Of a stretch of DNA of 64,000 nt, positions 49,412 to 63,830 are shown piece by piece. Every line of letters starts with the position of its first letter. Within the stretch, counting starts at the first letter, position 1. The notes beneath the pieces were generated by a model that was given only the letters and a program-made list of their open reading frames with translations, searched no databases and was not told the DNA's origin. Origin of the DNA: Octopus sinensis (Eukaryota); the NCBI RefSeq assembly GCF_006345805.1, contig NC_043013.1:2294001-2358000 (forward strand), given 5' to 3'. The position numbers were made by a program, and so were the translations under genes.

Positions 49412-52400
49412 AGATGGAGTGGAGTCACGTGATAATCATTCAAGTGTGTTGTATGAAGTGAAAGATATGAAACCTGTGTGTTATATATGTATTAACATAT
49501 ACATGTAATATAATAACATTGTGGGGGGTTGGTGGTGATGATGATGACGGAAACTGGCACTTATTCTTCGACTAGAAGTGAGCAAAATTTTCAGACTGTA
49601 ACAATATTGGATAGTCAAACAATCTACATTCCTTCGGGGTTTTTTTTATATCACCCCCTCCCCCCACCGCCACCTCCTCATATTTGGTTTGTGAGATTTT
49701 TTATGTGAATTTGTCGCAACAAAATCCGTATTTGGAAATTCCCAGCAATATTTTGAAGCATTCTTATCCCTTAACTAAGGCTTTCGAAGTCAGATTATCC
49801 CACCCTGTTTTGAGAGTATTTCAAAACAAATAAACTAGTTAATAATACTCATGTTCAGCTTTTGTATGTGCATACATACATACATACATACATACATGCG
49901 TATATACATGCGTATATACATACATACATACATGCGTATATACACACGCTACATCTAATGAAATAGTTTACTAAAATGCGAAGGTGAAAAGTCAACTGTA
50001 AGGGAGATAACTCTTGTTCGATTATGTTGAGTTACAACCCTTAAAGAATTTTTTCCCGTTTTCAAATTTGTGAAACCATTTTTCCTTCTTTGCAAAGAGT
50101 TGTGTATGTGATAGATATTTAAAACGTAACAATAACGTTTAGATAAGTTTTCAGCAGTTTTAGCTAAGAACGTTCTCCTTAATAAGATGCTAAACTACAT
50201 CAGAAACTGACTTTCTAATAATATCTGATGCCTATTCCGTCAGCTGGGTCAACTTAGGGAAAGTGAAGGACCAACCACAGAATATTCACTCACATTCCAA
50301 CTTATGAATTGTCCTAGAGATATAGTATGTATATATACATTGTATACATTTGTTTCTACCCATGTACATATAAGCGAACATGTATGTGTCTAAGAGAAAG
50401 TGAGATAGGGAGGTGTTTACATCTGCCTGTATTCATTTATATATTTTTGCATAAACACATCTATACACACGTGTTTATGTTTTATGCACACATATATATA
50501 TATATGTGTTGTGTGTGTGTATACATGTATGTGTATGTAGAAATATATTATAGCCATATACATACACGCACGCTGAGACTGTTGGTGATTTGCTGTGCTT
50601 GAGAAGACCCGTCAAGCTTGGTGAAATCACAGTGGTGGCCAGGGCTGGCGACATGAGAAGACGTACGAACACACAAACTTATGTGGATTGTTACGAAGGA
50701 ATTTTTATAGAAGTCTGATTTTTCATAGACTTCTTACTTTTGCTTTCCCCCATTGAAACGGTTGGCTGCACAAATGATATCAGTTACAAATATGGAATCT
50801 TATTGTTCAGAATAAGTTGTTTACATGATCAACCACAGACAGTGGAATAGATCTGAGTAGAAAACAAAAATTGGTCTCAAAACTACACAGCGAATCGTTA
50901 CAAAGTATATCTGTATTGAGTGCGTTTTTTTTTTCTTCTTCTTTGTTTGTAAACTTATGCATGTGTGTGTGTGCGTGTGTGTGCGTGTGTGTGTGTGTGT
51001 GTGTATGAGAATGTGTGTGTGAGAGATTGAATACATAAATATTGATTTTTCAGACAAACATAGTTAAAGAGATTGGAAAGGATTTATTTACAATAACTAA
51101 AAAATAAATAAAAAATAAACATGAAAATTCAACAGGGAGGAGAAGGTTGATGGTGGAGGAGGAGGAGGAGGAGAGGAACAAACAAGAACAACAACAATAC
51201 AAACAACCTCCCTCTTGCATCAGGTTCTTTTACTCTCATCAGTACTTTGATGAAATATTAGGGAGAGCAAGTAAGCAGTGTACTCTGGATCAGGGTGGTT
51301 CAGTGGTACATAACAGTATACCAGGAGTAGTTGGGGAGGGAAAGCAGGTCAATCCAAGTCACTTAACAGTACAGAAGGGTACATCAGGGGTGTATATATG
51401 TAACATATATCAGTGATTGTGTTAGTTTTATTTTTTCTTCCATATATGCATGCATACACACACACACACATCTGTCCTTGTTTGTTAGTATATATGTTTT
51501 AATATGAATCTGTATCTGTGATGTATAAATATATATATATATATGTAGCATAAATTTTGTGTTCAAGAGCAGTTTAAGATAAACACCAATAAATAGTCAC
51601 CATTGCAATACATAATTAAGTTAAATTAAATTTTAAAAACTGGGTTTACCCAAACCATCAGAAATGCTAAGTTACTCTAATAAGAAAACCATTGAGTAAT
51701 GGGTTTGAACACAACATTCCTGGTGATTTGGGTAAACACAGACTTGAAAATTTAAAATATGAATCGTGATTATGTAATTAGACATTTGGTTGTGTTTATC
51801 ATAACGAAACAGCTGTTGAGCAGAATTTATACTGTTCTACTTCTATGTTAAAAATTATTTCAGCCAGTTATGTATAGACATACGAGTAAGTCCCACTTGG
51901 ATTTATTCCAATGTAATAACATATTAGAGCTTAATGATCTGTTATTAAATGACCTCTCTTAATTACCGTAGATTCATTCTTTCATGTTCATACAGCACTT
52001 ACAGATAGACAGATATCTATGTGAGAATGTGTACATCATATATTCTGTATCATTCACATTCACACGTGTGAGAGACTTATCTATACTTCTGATCCTTCGT
52101 AAAGGATGAGGCATCAAGATTTAAGAATGGTTCATGTTTTTTCTTTAATATTTTTCCATATATATTAGAAACATAAGTCAATAAGTTACTAACCCCCATA
52201 CTATACCTGACAGCTATTGTTATGACAATGCTAATAAGAGTGTAACAATCATGACAATGATGATGATGATGATGATGGCAATGGAGTGATGGCTTATGAT
52301 GATGATGATGATGATATAATGATGCTTACAAATAAAAATGGAAGTTTAGTGTATCACTTGTACCTGTTTTGTTGCATATAACAAAAAAAAAAAAACATTT

Positions 52401-52442
52401 ATTAGCTTTGCTCACATTAAAATCAATAACAACATTAGTTTT

Positions 52443-52652
52443 CCAATTTTGGCACAAGGCCAGAAATTTCAAGGAAGGAGTTAAGTCAATTACATCGACC
52501 CTAGTGTTCAACGGGAAATTACTTTATCAACCCCGAAAGGATAAAAGACAAAGTCAACCTCAGTGGAATTTGAACTCAGAACCTAAAGATGGATGAAATG
52601 CCGCTAAGCATTTCGCCCAGTGTGCTAACGATTCTGCCAGATCACTGTCTTA
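52443..52652 (-). mobile_element. Family B SINE (ggccttgtgcc tail variant)
   Basis: Core and head as in family B; similar copies at about 47440, 48060, 57007 and 62643. Confidence 0.8.
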
Positions 52653-53178
52653 AATAATAATAATGATATTGTTGACTCTTCAGTGTTTTAGATGCAATTG
52701 ATTGGAACAACAAAATAATCTTGAATATGTATCTACACCTCCTCTCTCAACTTCCATTCCATTGGACTCAATGAATTGGGCACCGATAACATTCTAAGAT
52801 GAACTCAATAAAAGCTAAACACATTTTGGCAAAATCTTGGGCTTGTATCTATATAAAAGTATTAAATCTATTTTATAGTTGTTGCTGTTGTTGTTGTGCT
52901 TTTAACCACTTGACTCCTGATGCCCTTTTAATTTGTATAATTCATTCAGATTAACATTCACATTACTGCTAAATTTATTGCTTATTTATTCATAATGTCT
53001 TGTGTTAATCCTGCAATATCTCAAACTCTGAGATTGTTTACTTTAGAATGGCATTGTGGGGTAGATGTGGGAAGCTGGATCTGGCCAGTTTCAACAGAAA
53101 GTAGGTAGAATATTTGGGCTGAATAAGGTTGGTCTAAAAGCTAAAGAGTTAATTATGTAGGAATTATATATATATATA

Positions 53179-53407
53179 CTGTCCCTCTCGCATCTGACCA
53201 GTGTCCAAAGTCAGGACGCCATGATAGATCGTTAGCCCCTACACGCATTTTTTTTTCGCCTTGTTTTTTCCTGTGTCCCTTTCTGAAGAAGAGCGTAGGC
53301 TCGAAATGTAAAAGACTTTTTCTATTCCTGAGCGCTATACTAATGCATTTGTTTGTTTGTACTCCACCTGCCTTCGTCTTTTGCTTATTTTCGTAAACTT
53401 TCCCTTT
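53179..53407 (+). mobile_element. Penelope-like element terminal (pseudo-LTR) fragment in a TA tract
   Basis: Contains ctgaagaagagcgtaggctcgaaatgtaaaag, the CTGANGA...GAAA(C)GT motif typical of Penelope-like ends. Confidence 0.55.
53275..53316 (+). ncRNA. Minimal type I hammerhead ribozyme-like motif
   Basis: CTGAAGA (53283-89), stem II GAGC/GCTC with GTAG loop, GAAA (53303-06), TG-TA cleavage region, stem I CTTT/AAAG. Confidence 0.5.
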
Positions 53408-55665
53408 ATATTATATATATATATATTTTTATTCCCTTTTTTTCTTTATATTTATATCTTTCTGTCAAGCACTTCTAGCAATTTTTATTCCCACTTGTGG
53501 CCATTTTGCTTTAAAAAATCTTCTCGTAAGTTATAAAGAACATCAAATCTAGTTTCCATGTCAGAAAAAAAAAAAATATATATATATATATAGTTTATCT
53601 CCAATGACACTAATTAATTACCTGTTGATAACTCACTTAATGAAAATTACTTCCTCTAATCAATGTATACAAATGTGTGTATGAATACATAGAGATAGTT
53701 CTTTTAAAAAAATGTTATAAATTAGGATATTAAGTGGGAATTAATTGTAGCGTATGTAAATTAATTAATTACAGAATTCATTAAGCAACTCCTCTTCTCA
53801 CAGGTTCATCAAAATATCATAAAGATGGTTCATCCATGTGAATGATTATAGGACGTTTGTACCAGTCCTAGGAGAGCAGAAATGGGCAAATAAACTAGGT
53901 AAGGGAGATAAATCTGTCATGAATTCTTAAAAAGTACTGGGGGCGATGGCATTCACTAACCCCAAGTTATCTACCAACATTGACTTTGTGCCGAAATCAG
54001 AAACGATTATTATGAATATCGTTGTTGCTGCTGCTGTTGTTGTTACATTTGGCAGCCAATAAAAGAAATTATTATTATTATTATTATTGACATTTTTAAA
54101 TGAAATAATTGAAACTCAATATTTTCATTATTTTGCTATTTTCCTTGGAGTTTTGTGCATAAATTAAATTGCCTAAACCTAGAGAGTAAAAAACAAAACA
54201 AAAAGTTATGATAACCTGTAAGAAATTCTCCTTAAGGACAACTGAATTTATTGTTTTGGAAAGACATGGTCACTAACTAAAAATGATCCTGGTGCTTATA
54301 GTACTGCACCAGCACCACTTTGTACTTGAATTATTCATATTCAGAGAGCAGAAGTCAAACTTTAGCCATAACAAACTATTGCTTTTTTAGCATTTAAACT
54401 GACCGTCTCCAGCCAAAATATTCTACTGCTTTTGTGTTAAATCTGTCCTCTCACAATATTATTCTAAAAATAAACAATCGCATCAATGAAATCTCAAAAT
54501 TAGAAGATGATGCATGGCTAATTCAAATGAATTTGAATAAATAAGAACATTTGATTTAAATTACTCTTGTACATAACTAGCATTTATTTTATCGACCCCT
54601 GGGCAGATTGAAAGACAAAGTTGACCTAGGCAAGACTTGAACTTGGACGTAAGAGTAGCACATAAATGTGTACTCAGAAGCATTTTGTTTAATGCACCAA
54701 AAACTACTAATACTACTAAAAATAATAGTAAGAGGTGGAGGAACAAACTGAACAAAATTATTTCAAAAATCTGAGAAAAAAAAAAGGATATAAAGAAACT
54801 ACTAGAACTGACAATAATTCTAATATGAAGTCCCAGTTTTAACAGCAAAAGTACAACCAAAGCTTTTAAAGAAAACACCAAATGTCACACATACACACAT
54901 ATATATACACACACACACATACACACATATATATACACACACACACATACATACACACATATATATATACACACACACACATACATACACATATATAGAT
55001 AACATTTGAATATTAATCCTTCAAGTGAAATGGTTCATTTGTTCCAATGATCAAGTTCTCAGTAAGATCCAAAACAACTGATTCCACCTGTTGCTGGATA
55101 AATATTCAAATGGAGATAGCTAAACTCTACATCTCAATGTGTATTAAGTACTTTGTTGAGTAGTGGTCTTAAAAGTTTTAACAGTAAAGAACATCCCACC
55201 TGTATATAGGCAGGCATATTCACACACACACAGAGGAGCATGAGGTGTGCATGTAAATTTTACTTTTACATACAAAGAAAGACCTTACCATTCTTAAGTT
55301 TTACACGTTTACTACTCCAAGTCTTTAAATGTCTCAACAGTAATGATGTAAATTTGATACCTTCAACTTTGAAATATCTGCTCACTCACACACATACATG
55401 CACACGTGTTTGTATATGTTATAAATGCTATTATACATAATACAGTCAAACATGGACAGATATATGTTATAAAGTCTGTTTTTTTATGTCAAGTTGATGG
55501 GTGACAGTGACTATAAAGTTTTGACCAGCTAGCTTTTGTTGGACTGTGTCTCAAAGCCTGACGAAAGCCAGGATGCTAAAACTTGAAAGTCATTATCACC
55601 CTCCTTGCAAAAGTATAACACTGAGTGTGTGTGTGTGTGTGGGAGAGAGAGAGAGAGAGAGAGAG

Positions 55666-55707
<42 letters not shown>

Positions 55708-58700
55708 TGTTTAACAAAAGTAAATTTAAATTACAAATAGATTTTCATCAAGCTGGTTTTGCATGATTCACTAAAATTCATTCACTGAATATTCAATTCA
55801 TTTCATGTATATTTTAATCGATTTCTTTTCGTTATCTATCTTTGAGTTTACATTCATTGCTAATTGAATGAAGATAGTGTTTTATTATTGGTAAATACTA
55901 ATAAATCAGAGAATTCTCTAATACAGATTCTGTTGAAGATTTTTGCCTGAAGCAATTAATGAGATGATTATAAAAGCCAGAAAAGATTGCTGGAATTTTT
56001 CAATCAAAGCCATCCTCATTATCATCATCATCATTGCAAATATTAGGAGTTAATGCAAATACAGGCCACATGTTTGTACAATATTTTCAGTCATTTAATA
56101 GGAAAGCATTCTGATGCCAACCATGGCAAGATCATACTACATGTGTTTCCATGTGAATGGAAGCTGACAAATTTACTACTCAACACCATTTACTATTTAA
56201 AAAAAGCTTCATTTCACTCAACTAGATGTTTTCATTAAAAGAACAGCCAAAATCCTTGAACAACACACAATTCAAGTTATACTTTTACCTTCAGTAAACA
56301 TTTGGTGAGCAAAAACAAAGAATCTGTCACAGCTGTTGATTTCTTTGACAGAAATGTCACATCAAACTCCAACATGGGAATGTTAAAAAATTCCTTTTTA
56401 ACAGATTGATATTGTCATTTAAAACCCACCAGTGTTGTCCTAGATGCTGTTCAAACCAAGGTCAGCCTTGGTCAAGTAACCTATAAAAGACAGTCTAACC
56501 AATGGCCTTCCTCTTTTATCAGAGAATTTCAGAGGATTTGCAGGCAGATCAAGCAACAATGTAGATACTCCTTTCATTAGCTTGTTTTCCAGTAAGATGT
56601 TGCTTTGATATTTATTCTTGGAGTTTTAAATGAAAAGATGGGGGTGGCTTCTTTAATGTTTCAGGATTGAAGGATCAGTAAAGAGAAAGACCTATATATT
56701 AGACGCTTAATACCTAAGGAACTGAAGAATTAAATTAAGTTAGGAGTCTTCCTTACCATGAGATAATGAATAGTTATAATGTTTCTACCTTTCCAAAAAG
56801 AAGCAAGTGTGAAAAGGTTAACATGATGGACCCAGGATTGTAGGTTCAAACCAGAATACAGCCATAAACTCTACTTGCTGTATTCAGTCTTTATCACAAC
56901 AGGTTGCATTCATGTTTAAATGGCAAACAGTTGAAACAGCAGTCTACTGATTCTACTACCTCACCACCTTAATAATAATAATAATAATAATAATAACAAC
57001 AACAATCCTTTCTACTATAAGCAGAAGGACTGAAATTTTTTAGGTGGGACAGAAGATACTTGATTACATTGACCCTAGTGTTCAACTGGTACTTAATTTT
57101 TCAACCCTGAAAGGATGAAAGGCAAAGTTGACTTCAGCAGAATTTGAACTCAGGACATAAAGACGGATGAAGTACTGCTAAGCATTTTGTCAGGTGTGTT
57201 TACAGTTCTGCCAGCTCACTACCTTAATAATAATAATTCTTTCTAATTTTGACACAAGGCCAGCAATCTTTAAAGAGATTAGAGGGCGGTCGATTACAGT
57301 GAGCCCCAGTATTTGACAGGTACTCTAACTTTATCAACACTGTTGGGATGAAAAGCAAAGTTAGCCTCAGCAGGATATGAACTAAATACAACAACAACAA
57401 CAATAATAATAATATACATATTTTCAATGAATTATAACAGTAAGAAAGAAACATTCCTCTGTATACTGTAAAAACAATAAAAAATAAATCATCACGATTT
57501 CACACTCAACATTTGTTATCATCATCATCATCATCATCATCAACACCACCATGGAACTCAACTACCAGTGACAGTGTTAACCATTTACCTACCACACCCA
57601 CCCAAACACCTGCTTTTGTGCCTTTTTATTATACAACAATTATTTAGGAGGATGTTGTATACCATCATCATCATCATCATCATCATCACCAACCTCATGG
57701 CCATTGATATCATCACCATCACCAATATCATCTTTGCCAACACCACCACATACAACACTTCATTGCAAAGGAAAATATATTCTGTGTAGATGTATGACTG
57801 TGTAGATGTATGTATGCGTCTATGATATTTGTCTGTATTTTATCTGTGTGCATGCATTGAATGCACTAAGTGCATCGATATGTATGCATATATGCATGTG
57901 AATAGATGTGTATGGATGTGTGTGTGTGTCTGCATCCAAAAGAAGCTATGTGAAAACACTCAACACGCTCTAGCTGGGTGCATAGCTTTATTTCTATATA
58001 CACCCTGACGCCCTATAATCTCATAATTGATGGAAGAACAACAACAACAACAAAACAAAATGTTTGCAGCAGCAGCAGCAGGAGGAGGAGGAGGAGGAGA
58101 AATGGAGAAAGTAGAGGAGCCTGAACAGAGGAAATGTGCAGAGGTAGTAGAGAAATAGCATGTGTGTTTGTATATGTGTTTGTATGTGTGTGTGTGAATA
58201 GATATATGCACATGTGTTTTATATCAATTTGTATGTAATATATATATGTATATATATTTAGATACAAGTGTGACCATGCATGCATATATGTGGTGTGTGT
58301 GTGTGTGTGTAAATTTGATATGTGTGCATGATAAAGTGTAGAAAATGTCAGAAAGTTAGAGACGAGGAGGAAGCAGGCAGGTGGAAGATGCGTATGCATG
58401 TGTGCCTATGTATGACTATGTGTGTATGTATAGTTCTGTGTTTATGTATGACTATGTGTGTATGTATGGTTGTGTGTTTATGTGTATGTCTATATACATA
58501 TATATATGTAGGTTATACATATATACATACATACATACATAGACACACACGTGTATATACACACACATACAGATATATATATACATGTATACATATATAT
58601 AGATATATACACATAGATATATATACATATATATATATATAAATAAATAAATAGAGAGAGAGAGAGAGAAAAAAGGGAAGAAGATTCTGTAGTGTGTAGG

Positions 58701-58743
58701 GAAGAAAACCTTTTGTGTTATGGACTTGCGTAAGCACAGTGTA

Positions 58744-59073
58744 TCAGTCTTCTTGTAATGCAGGCTTGCTGCGACTCTGGTATAGCATTTTGATGCGTTC
58801 GTGGGTGCTGGCTGCGGCAGCGACAGCAGCCCTGCTCTGGGGGCTCAGGTTCTCGGGTGACGCAGATGACTTCGATGATGGGCTGGACAGAATTAGGGGC
58901 AAAGGGGAGTGATGCAATGGAGAGGGGTGGCTGACCAGAGGGAAACTGATGCCTCGTTTCCGAAGTTCGTCTTGCAATATGGCGTTCTCACGTGACATAG
59001 TCTCAAATATCGTTTGATAATGCTGCACCTGTAACTGCAGTTCCTTGTTTGCTTGGATATACTTTTGCTGCAA
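58744..59073 (-). CDS. SKI: SKI/SnoN-family gene, last coding exon
   Basis: ttttcag|TTG, phase 0; LQQKYIQANKELQLQVQH resembles human SKI LRAKYSAQIEDLQVKLQH; TGA at 58746-44. Confidence 0.8.
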   Translation of the reverse strand: MQQKYIQANKELQLQVQHYQTIFETMSRENAILQDELRKRGISFPLVSHPSPLHHSPLPLILSSPSSKSSASPENLSPQSRAAVAAAASTHERIKMLYQSRSKPALQED

Positions 59074-59312
59074 CTGAAAAGAAAAAGAAAAAAATCACAA
59101 ATAGAGGTAAGAAATTAACTGTAATATTAGAGGTAACAGTAGAGCAGTGGTCCCTAAATAAGATTTCTTTGGAGGTGGGGGGGGTCATCAAGCAAAATAG
59201 TAAATTAAGGACCCTCAGCAGTATATAATGAGTCCATGAGAAAATGTTACCTTGGATGTAATTTATTGCAAGAAATAGCTAGGTTTCTTTTGCTAATGTT
59301 TTACAGAGACAC

Positions 59313-59740
59313 AGGTGTAGCATTGTGGTAAGAAACTTGCCTCCCAACCTCATGGGTCTGGGTTCAGTCCCACTGCATGGCACCTTGGGCCACTGTCTTC
59401 TACTATAGCCACAGGTCAACCAAAACCTTGTGAATGGATGTGGCAGACGGAAAACTGAAAGGAGCTTGGCATATATAAGTGTGTATGTGTGTATCTGTGC
59501 ATGTGTGTGTGTGTATCTGTGCATGTGTGTGTGTGTGTGTCTGTGTTTGTCCCCAATCACCACTTGTCAACCAGTGTTGGTATATTTACCTCCCCATAAC
59601 TTGGCAGTTTGGTAAAAGAGACCAATAGGATAGGAGCCAGGCTTTAAAAAAAATCCTGGGATTGATTCATTCAACTAAAACCCTTCAAGGCAGTGCCCTA
59701 GAATGGCCAGAGTCTAATGAGTGAAGCAATAAAAGATAAA
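59313..59740 (+). mobile_element. Family A SINE in the last SKI intron
   Basis: Head, core, internal (GT)n and tail all present. Confidence 0.82.
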
Positions 59741-61077
59741 ATATAGTTCAACCTATACAAGTTAACATGTGAAAAACAAAATTAGGAATTTTCAAAGTAA
59801 TATCTATAAAATGAGTTTTTAAACCTCAAATGGCTATGGGGGTTCGCCAGAGTAAAATAGTAATCAATGGTTAAGAAACACTGCAGTGGAGTATGGCAAT
59901 GAGGTTTCTATTTCCTACCATTTTTTTTTTTTGGTCCTCACATTCGAAAGTACTCTTTAGAGATTGAACACTCAAGGATCCTACCCATTTCAGGATCTCT
60001 TCTGAGAAGATACACTATTCCATAGCTCTTTACTACTGTTACTACCCTCATCCAATAGAGTTCATTTCTTCCAACTAACAAAGCACTTATATAAACTTCA
60101 CAGTGTTGTTCATGATGAGCTCAACACAAAGAAAAAGCTCACATAGAACCCATTTATAGAAAGGAATATCTTGGTGCAGAATTGAAATAACCGTCTCCAT
60201 AGTTCCTATGAGCAATTAATGGAACAGGGATCATAGATTGTACCCTTATTCCCAATTCATACAGATGTTTGAATGCATATATATATATATATGCACACAC
60301 ATATCTTGTGTGCAGTGTTAGATGTATGATTACTACTGTATGAGTTAGAGCTCCATGTAGATTATCATTATCCAGTGATAGACTCAATAATTGTTAAGGT
60401 CTTCCTTAACATGAAACCAATGGTAGCCTTAATCCACAAATAAACAATCTTTATCCACCAATGTGGTGTTGCGCATTTATTCTCATTGTTAGACATTTAC
60501 TTATCACATGTATGTGTGTGTATCTATATATACGTTGCATTGTGACTGACAAATAATATCAAAGATATCAAAAAATTATAGCAGACAAAAGAAATGCAGA
60601 ATGACATGTTTGTGTTCATTAAACAATTCAAGCAATAGTATCTAGGAGGCGCCACCACATTTCATGATCACATGCTGCTCTTTCAAGCCACCTGTCTCCA
60701 TGTCTCAATTCTTGTGTTGCATAATGGATACAAGTGTGTATGTGTGTGTGTGATGCTCACAATAATCAGATTACATGTACATACATTCAAATAAACACAT
60801 GTACATTTAGAAGCATACACACTTGTAGACATATCACACATTCTACACAATCTGTGCTGCTCAAACAGCACCAAAGCAAAAGCTAACAAACATTTGCATA
60901 AGTATGTATTTATGGTAGGCTTCCATACAGTTTCCATCTAGTAAAATTTCACTGACACAACATTAGTCATCCTGAGACTTAAGAGTAGAGGACACTTGCC
61001 CAAGGCACCACAAACAGAAACACACACACACACAAAATATACATGGATGAAACAAACACATGTAGAAATCTACTCAC

Positions 61078-61266
61078 TTCCTTTGGTTCAATTTGTTTAC
61101 TGAGACTATCAATCTCCTTCAAGAGCCGTTCCTTGCCTTCCTCAGCATCATGCAGACGGCACTCTGTCTCAATCCGCATGTTTTCTAATCGTTTCCGCAG
61201 TTTTTTCTTCCTCTCTGCACACCGGAGGATTTTAGTTTTCGCTGTTGCCCGAACCTTCGTCAGTAA
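61078..61266 (-). CDS. SKI: SKI coiled-coil exon (phase 0 to 0)
   Basis: ctctttcacag|TTA...GAA|gtgagt; 189 nt; KKKLRKRLENMRIETECRLHDAEEGKERLLKEID vs SKI [34 protein letters not shown]. Confidence 0.85.
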
Positions 61267-61390
61267 CTGTGAAAGAGAGAAAGGAAGCAATAGAATGGAA
61301 ACAATCGAGAGAGTGGTGGTACCACAGAACTGCAGCTATGTGGAGTTTACCAATAAAGCGAAAAGTACTTTGCAAGAAGATTATGCTTAC

Positions 61391-61584
61391 ATCTCGTAAC
61401 TGTTGTCGGGATCGGTCCATCAGGTGCAGTCGCTGTTGATGCAGAGATCGCAAGTTTGTAAAATCGTGAAGGAACTTCCGTTTCGACTCTGTGCAGTCAC
61501 CAACTTTACCCTCAAGGGCTTGCTTCACCATGTCCAGCTCTATTTCAAAGGTATCTTCTAGTTTCGGTGATAAGGGTTCATCAC
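61391..61584 (-). CDS. SKI: SKI coiled-coil exon (phase 1 to 0)
   Basis: cttttcag|GT...GAT|gtaagc; 194 nt; ELDMVKQALEGKVGDCTESKRKFLHD vs SKI [25 protein letters not shown]. Confidence 0.88.
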
Positions 61585-61874
61585 CTGAAAAGCAGATTGG
61601 ATAGTAAGAGAAATGAGGTACAATACACTCAGTGGTATGGGTAACTAAAGTACCCTGAGTGGTGGTAAGGATAGGCTAAGGAAGAGTTGGGTAGAGAAGA
61701 TATGGGAAAGGACATGGAACCTTAAAGACAGAGAGAGTAGAGCAGGAGTTGAGAACACCCATTTAATATACATCTTACATCAACAATAAAAGGCATAGTG
61801 ACCATAGAAGAGGAAGAGGATGAGGAGGGGTGACAATGATGATTATAATGATGAATAGACAGACTACAACTCAC

Positions 61875-62158
61875 CCGTTTCCTCAAATTCAGTAATCGAC
61901 TCCTCAGAATCAGATGAGAAATCATAAGCCTTCTCTTTGCTTTTGCTCAAATTCGTTGATGTCTCTTGATAAATTTTACTCTCTTTGGTCAGCGCAACTG
62001 GTTCTTTTGAGATCTTTGACACTGCAGCTTCTGCCAACTGATGTAAACCATTCCGCTCCATTTCAGACTCTTTCAGCTCACTTTTGATTTTGCTATCAGG
62101 TAATCGTTGTTGTGGCAACGGTGCCAGAGACACGTTTGGTGTGAAGTGGCGTTCATAC
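61875..62158 (-). CDS. SKI: SKI central exon (phase 2 to 1)
   Basis: ttattacag|G...G|gtgagt; 284 nt; YERHFTPNVSLAPLPQQ vs SKI FETAVAPNVALAPPAQQ. Upstream exons (DHD/SAND) lie beyond the window. Confidence 0.85.
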
Positions 62159-63610
62159 CTGTAATAAATATTATGTGTGTGTATATAAAGATTAATGCTA
62201 AAAACAATACATGTGAATGTCTACAGATAGATATTTATATATAATTGTTTTAGCAGAAAGGTAACCCTGTTCAAGCAGACTTGTCTTTAGAAGTATTCCA
62301 GCAGTGAATATACCATATATTGGGACTTCTCTGTTCAGTGTTCATTACTTTTTTTTCTTTTTTTTTTACCAGAAGAATTTAGTAACATAATTAAGTCATT
62401 TTAACCTGGTGTATAGAGCTTAAATTAAGATTTAATCTTTTGATAAAACCTTTTAATTCAAATCACTTTCAAAGCAAAACTTTGTACCATAGAACCAGGG
62501 CAGTCTGTGCTAAGTTGGTATATAAAGGACTAAAACAATAAACGTGATTTGAGAGAAATTTGGCTACTATTTCTAACAGATCGAGCAACTGATTAGAGGC
62601 TCCCCCCTCACTGATTTATATGTATAATAATTAGTGTGTGTAAGGCAGTAAGTTAGCAGAATCGTTAGCATGCTGGGCAAAACGCTTAGCAACACTTCGT
62701 CCATCTTTGTGTTCTGAGTTCAGATTCTGCTGAGGTTAGCTTAGCCATTCATCCTTTTGGGATCGATAGAATTAAGTAGCAGTTGATTGCCAGGGTCAAT
62801 GTAATCAAATTACACACATCCTCTGAGATTGCTGGCCTTGTGCCAGAATTTGAAAGCAATATTTAATGTGCGTAGTAAAGAAGGTTAACTTAAAAGCATA
62901 ATTAATATCACAAGCTTGATCCTACTCGACAGTAATTTACGTAAATTGTTTTCCAACCATGACCTCAGCTAATGGTTGAACTAAAACATTGTGAGTGAAA
63001 TTGGAAACTCATTGAATGAATTGTTAATTTTTATCACTCATCATTCAGCTAGGTTGGCTTCAAGATTATTTTAGGAATACAAGCATCTGTGCAATACTCA
63101 ATCACTTATCCCACCCCCAACCCCTCTCTCTCTCTTCCCCACACACACACGCGTGTGTGTCGCTTTGTCTTGCACTGTGTGATGGATATAAACAAATGTT
63201 GCCATCATATGAGTGATGTCAGTTATTTCCAAACTTCCATGAAAGTATATCAGGTGACGGGGAAATATTACCTTGTTTTGAAACAAGGGTAGACAATGGG
63301 AAGGGCATCCAGCCGTAGAAACTTGTCATGATGAATTCCATCTGACCCGTGGAAAAATGTACACTAAAACAATGATGATGATGATGTGTGTGTGTGTGTG
63401 TGCCTTCAATATTTGAATACTAGCTTTTATTCATTTATACATAATACATACATGCATGTAGATGCATAGAGTTATGTGTGAATGCTAAAATGCTAATGCA
63501 TACATACACAATGAAAGTTACATACGTACATACATAGATATACACACAAACTCAGGTATACAAATTCTCTCTCTCTTTCTCTCACACACACCCACACACA
63601 CTTGAATGTA

Positions 63611-63830
63611 TGAGGGGGTACTGAAAAGTTTCTGGCTTTAAGGGTATCATCGCAAAAGGCCTGGTTGGAGGCTTGACATTCCGAGTTCTTTTACAGGACT
63701 TAGAAAAACTAAAGGATCGCTGCAAGAAGTGTGTTAATCTGAGAAAGGAATCTATTGGATAAAATCATGATTAACTGAGCCTCTTGTATTTTCTTTTACT
63801 CAAAGCCAGGAACTTTTTAGCCCTTCCTTG
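63611..63830 (+). mobile_element. Internally deleted mariner (about 220 bp)
   Basis: Imperfect TIRs gagggggtactgaaaagtttctggcttt / aaagccaggaactttttagccctt; internal GLRKLKDRCKKCVNLRKESI-like transposase C-terminus. Confidence 0.75.

Noticed and set aside
61043-61439. Plus-strand ORFs over the SKI exons
   Set aside because: Antisense shadows of the minus-strand coding exons
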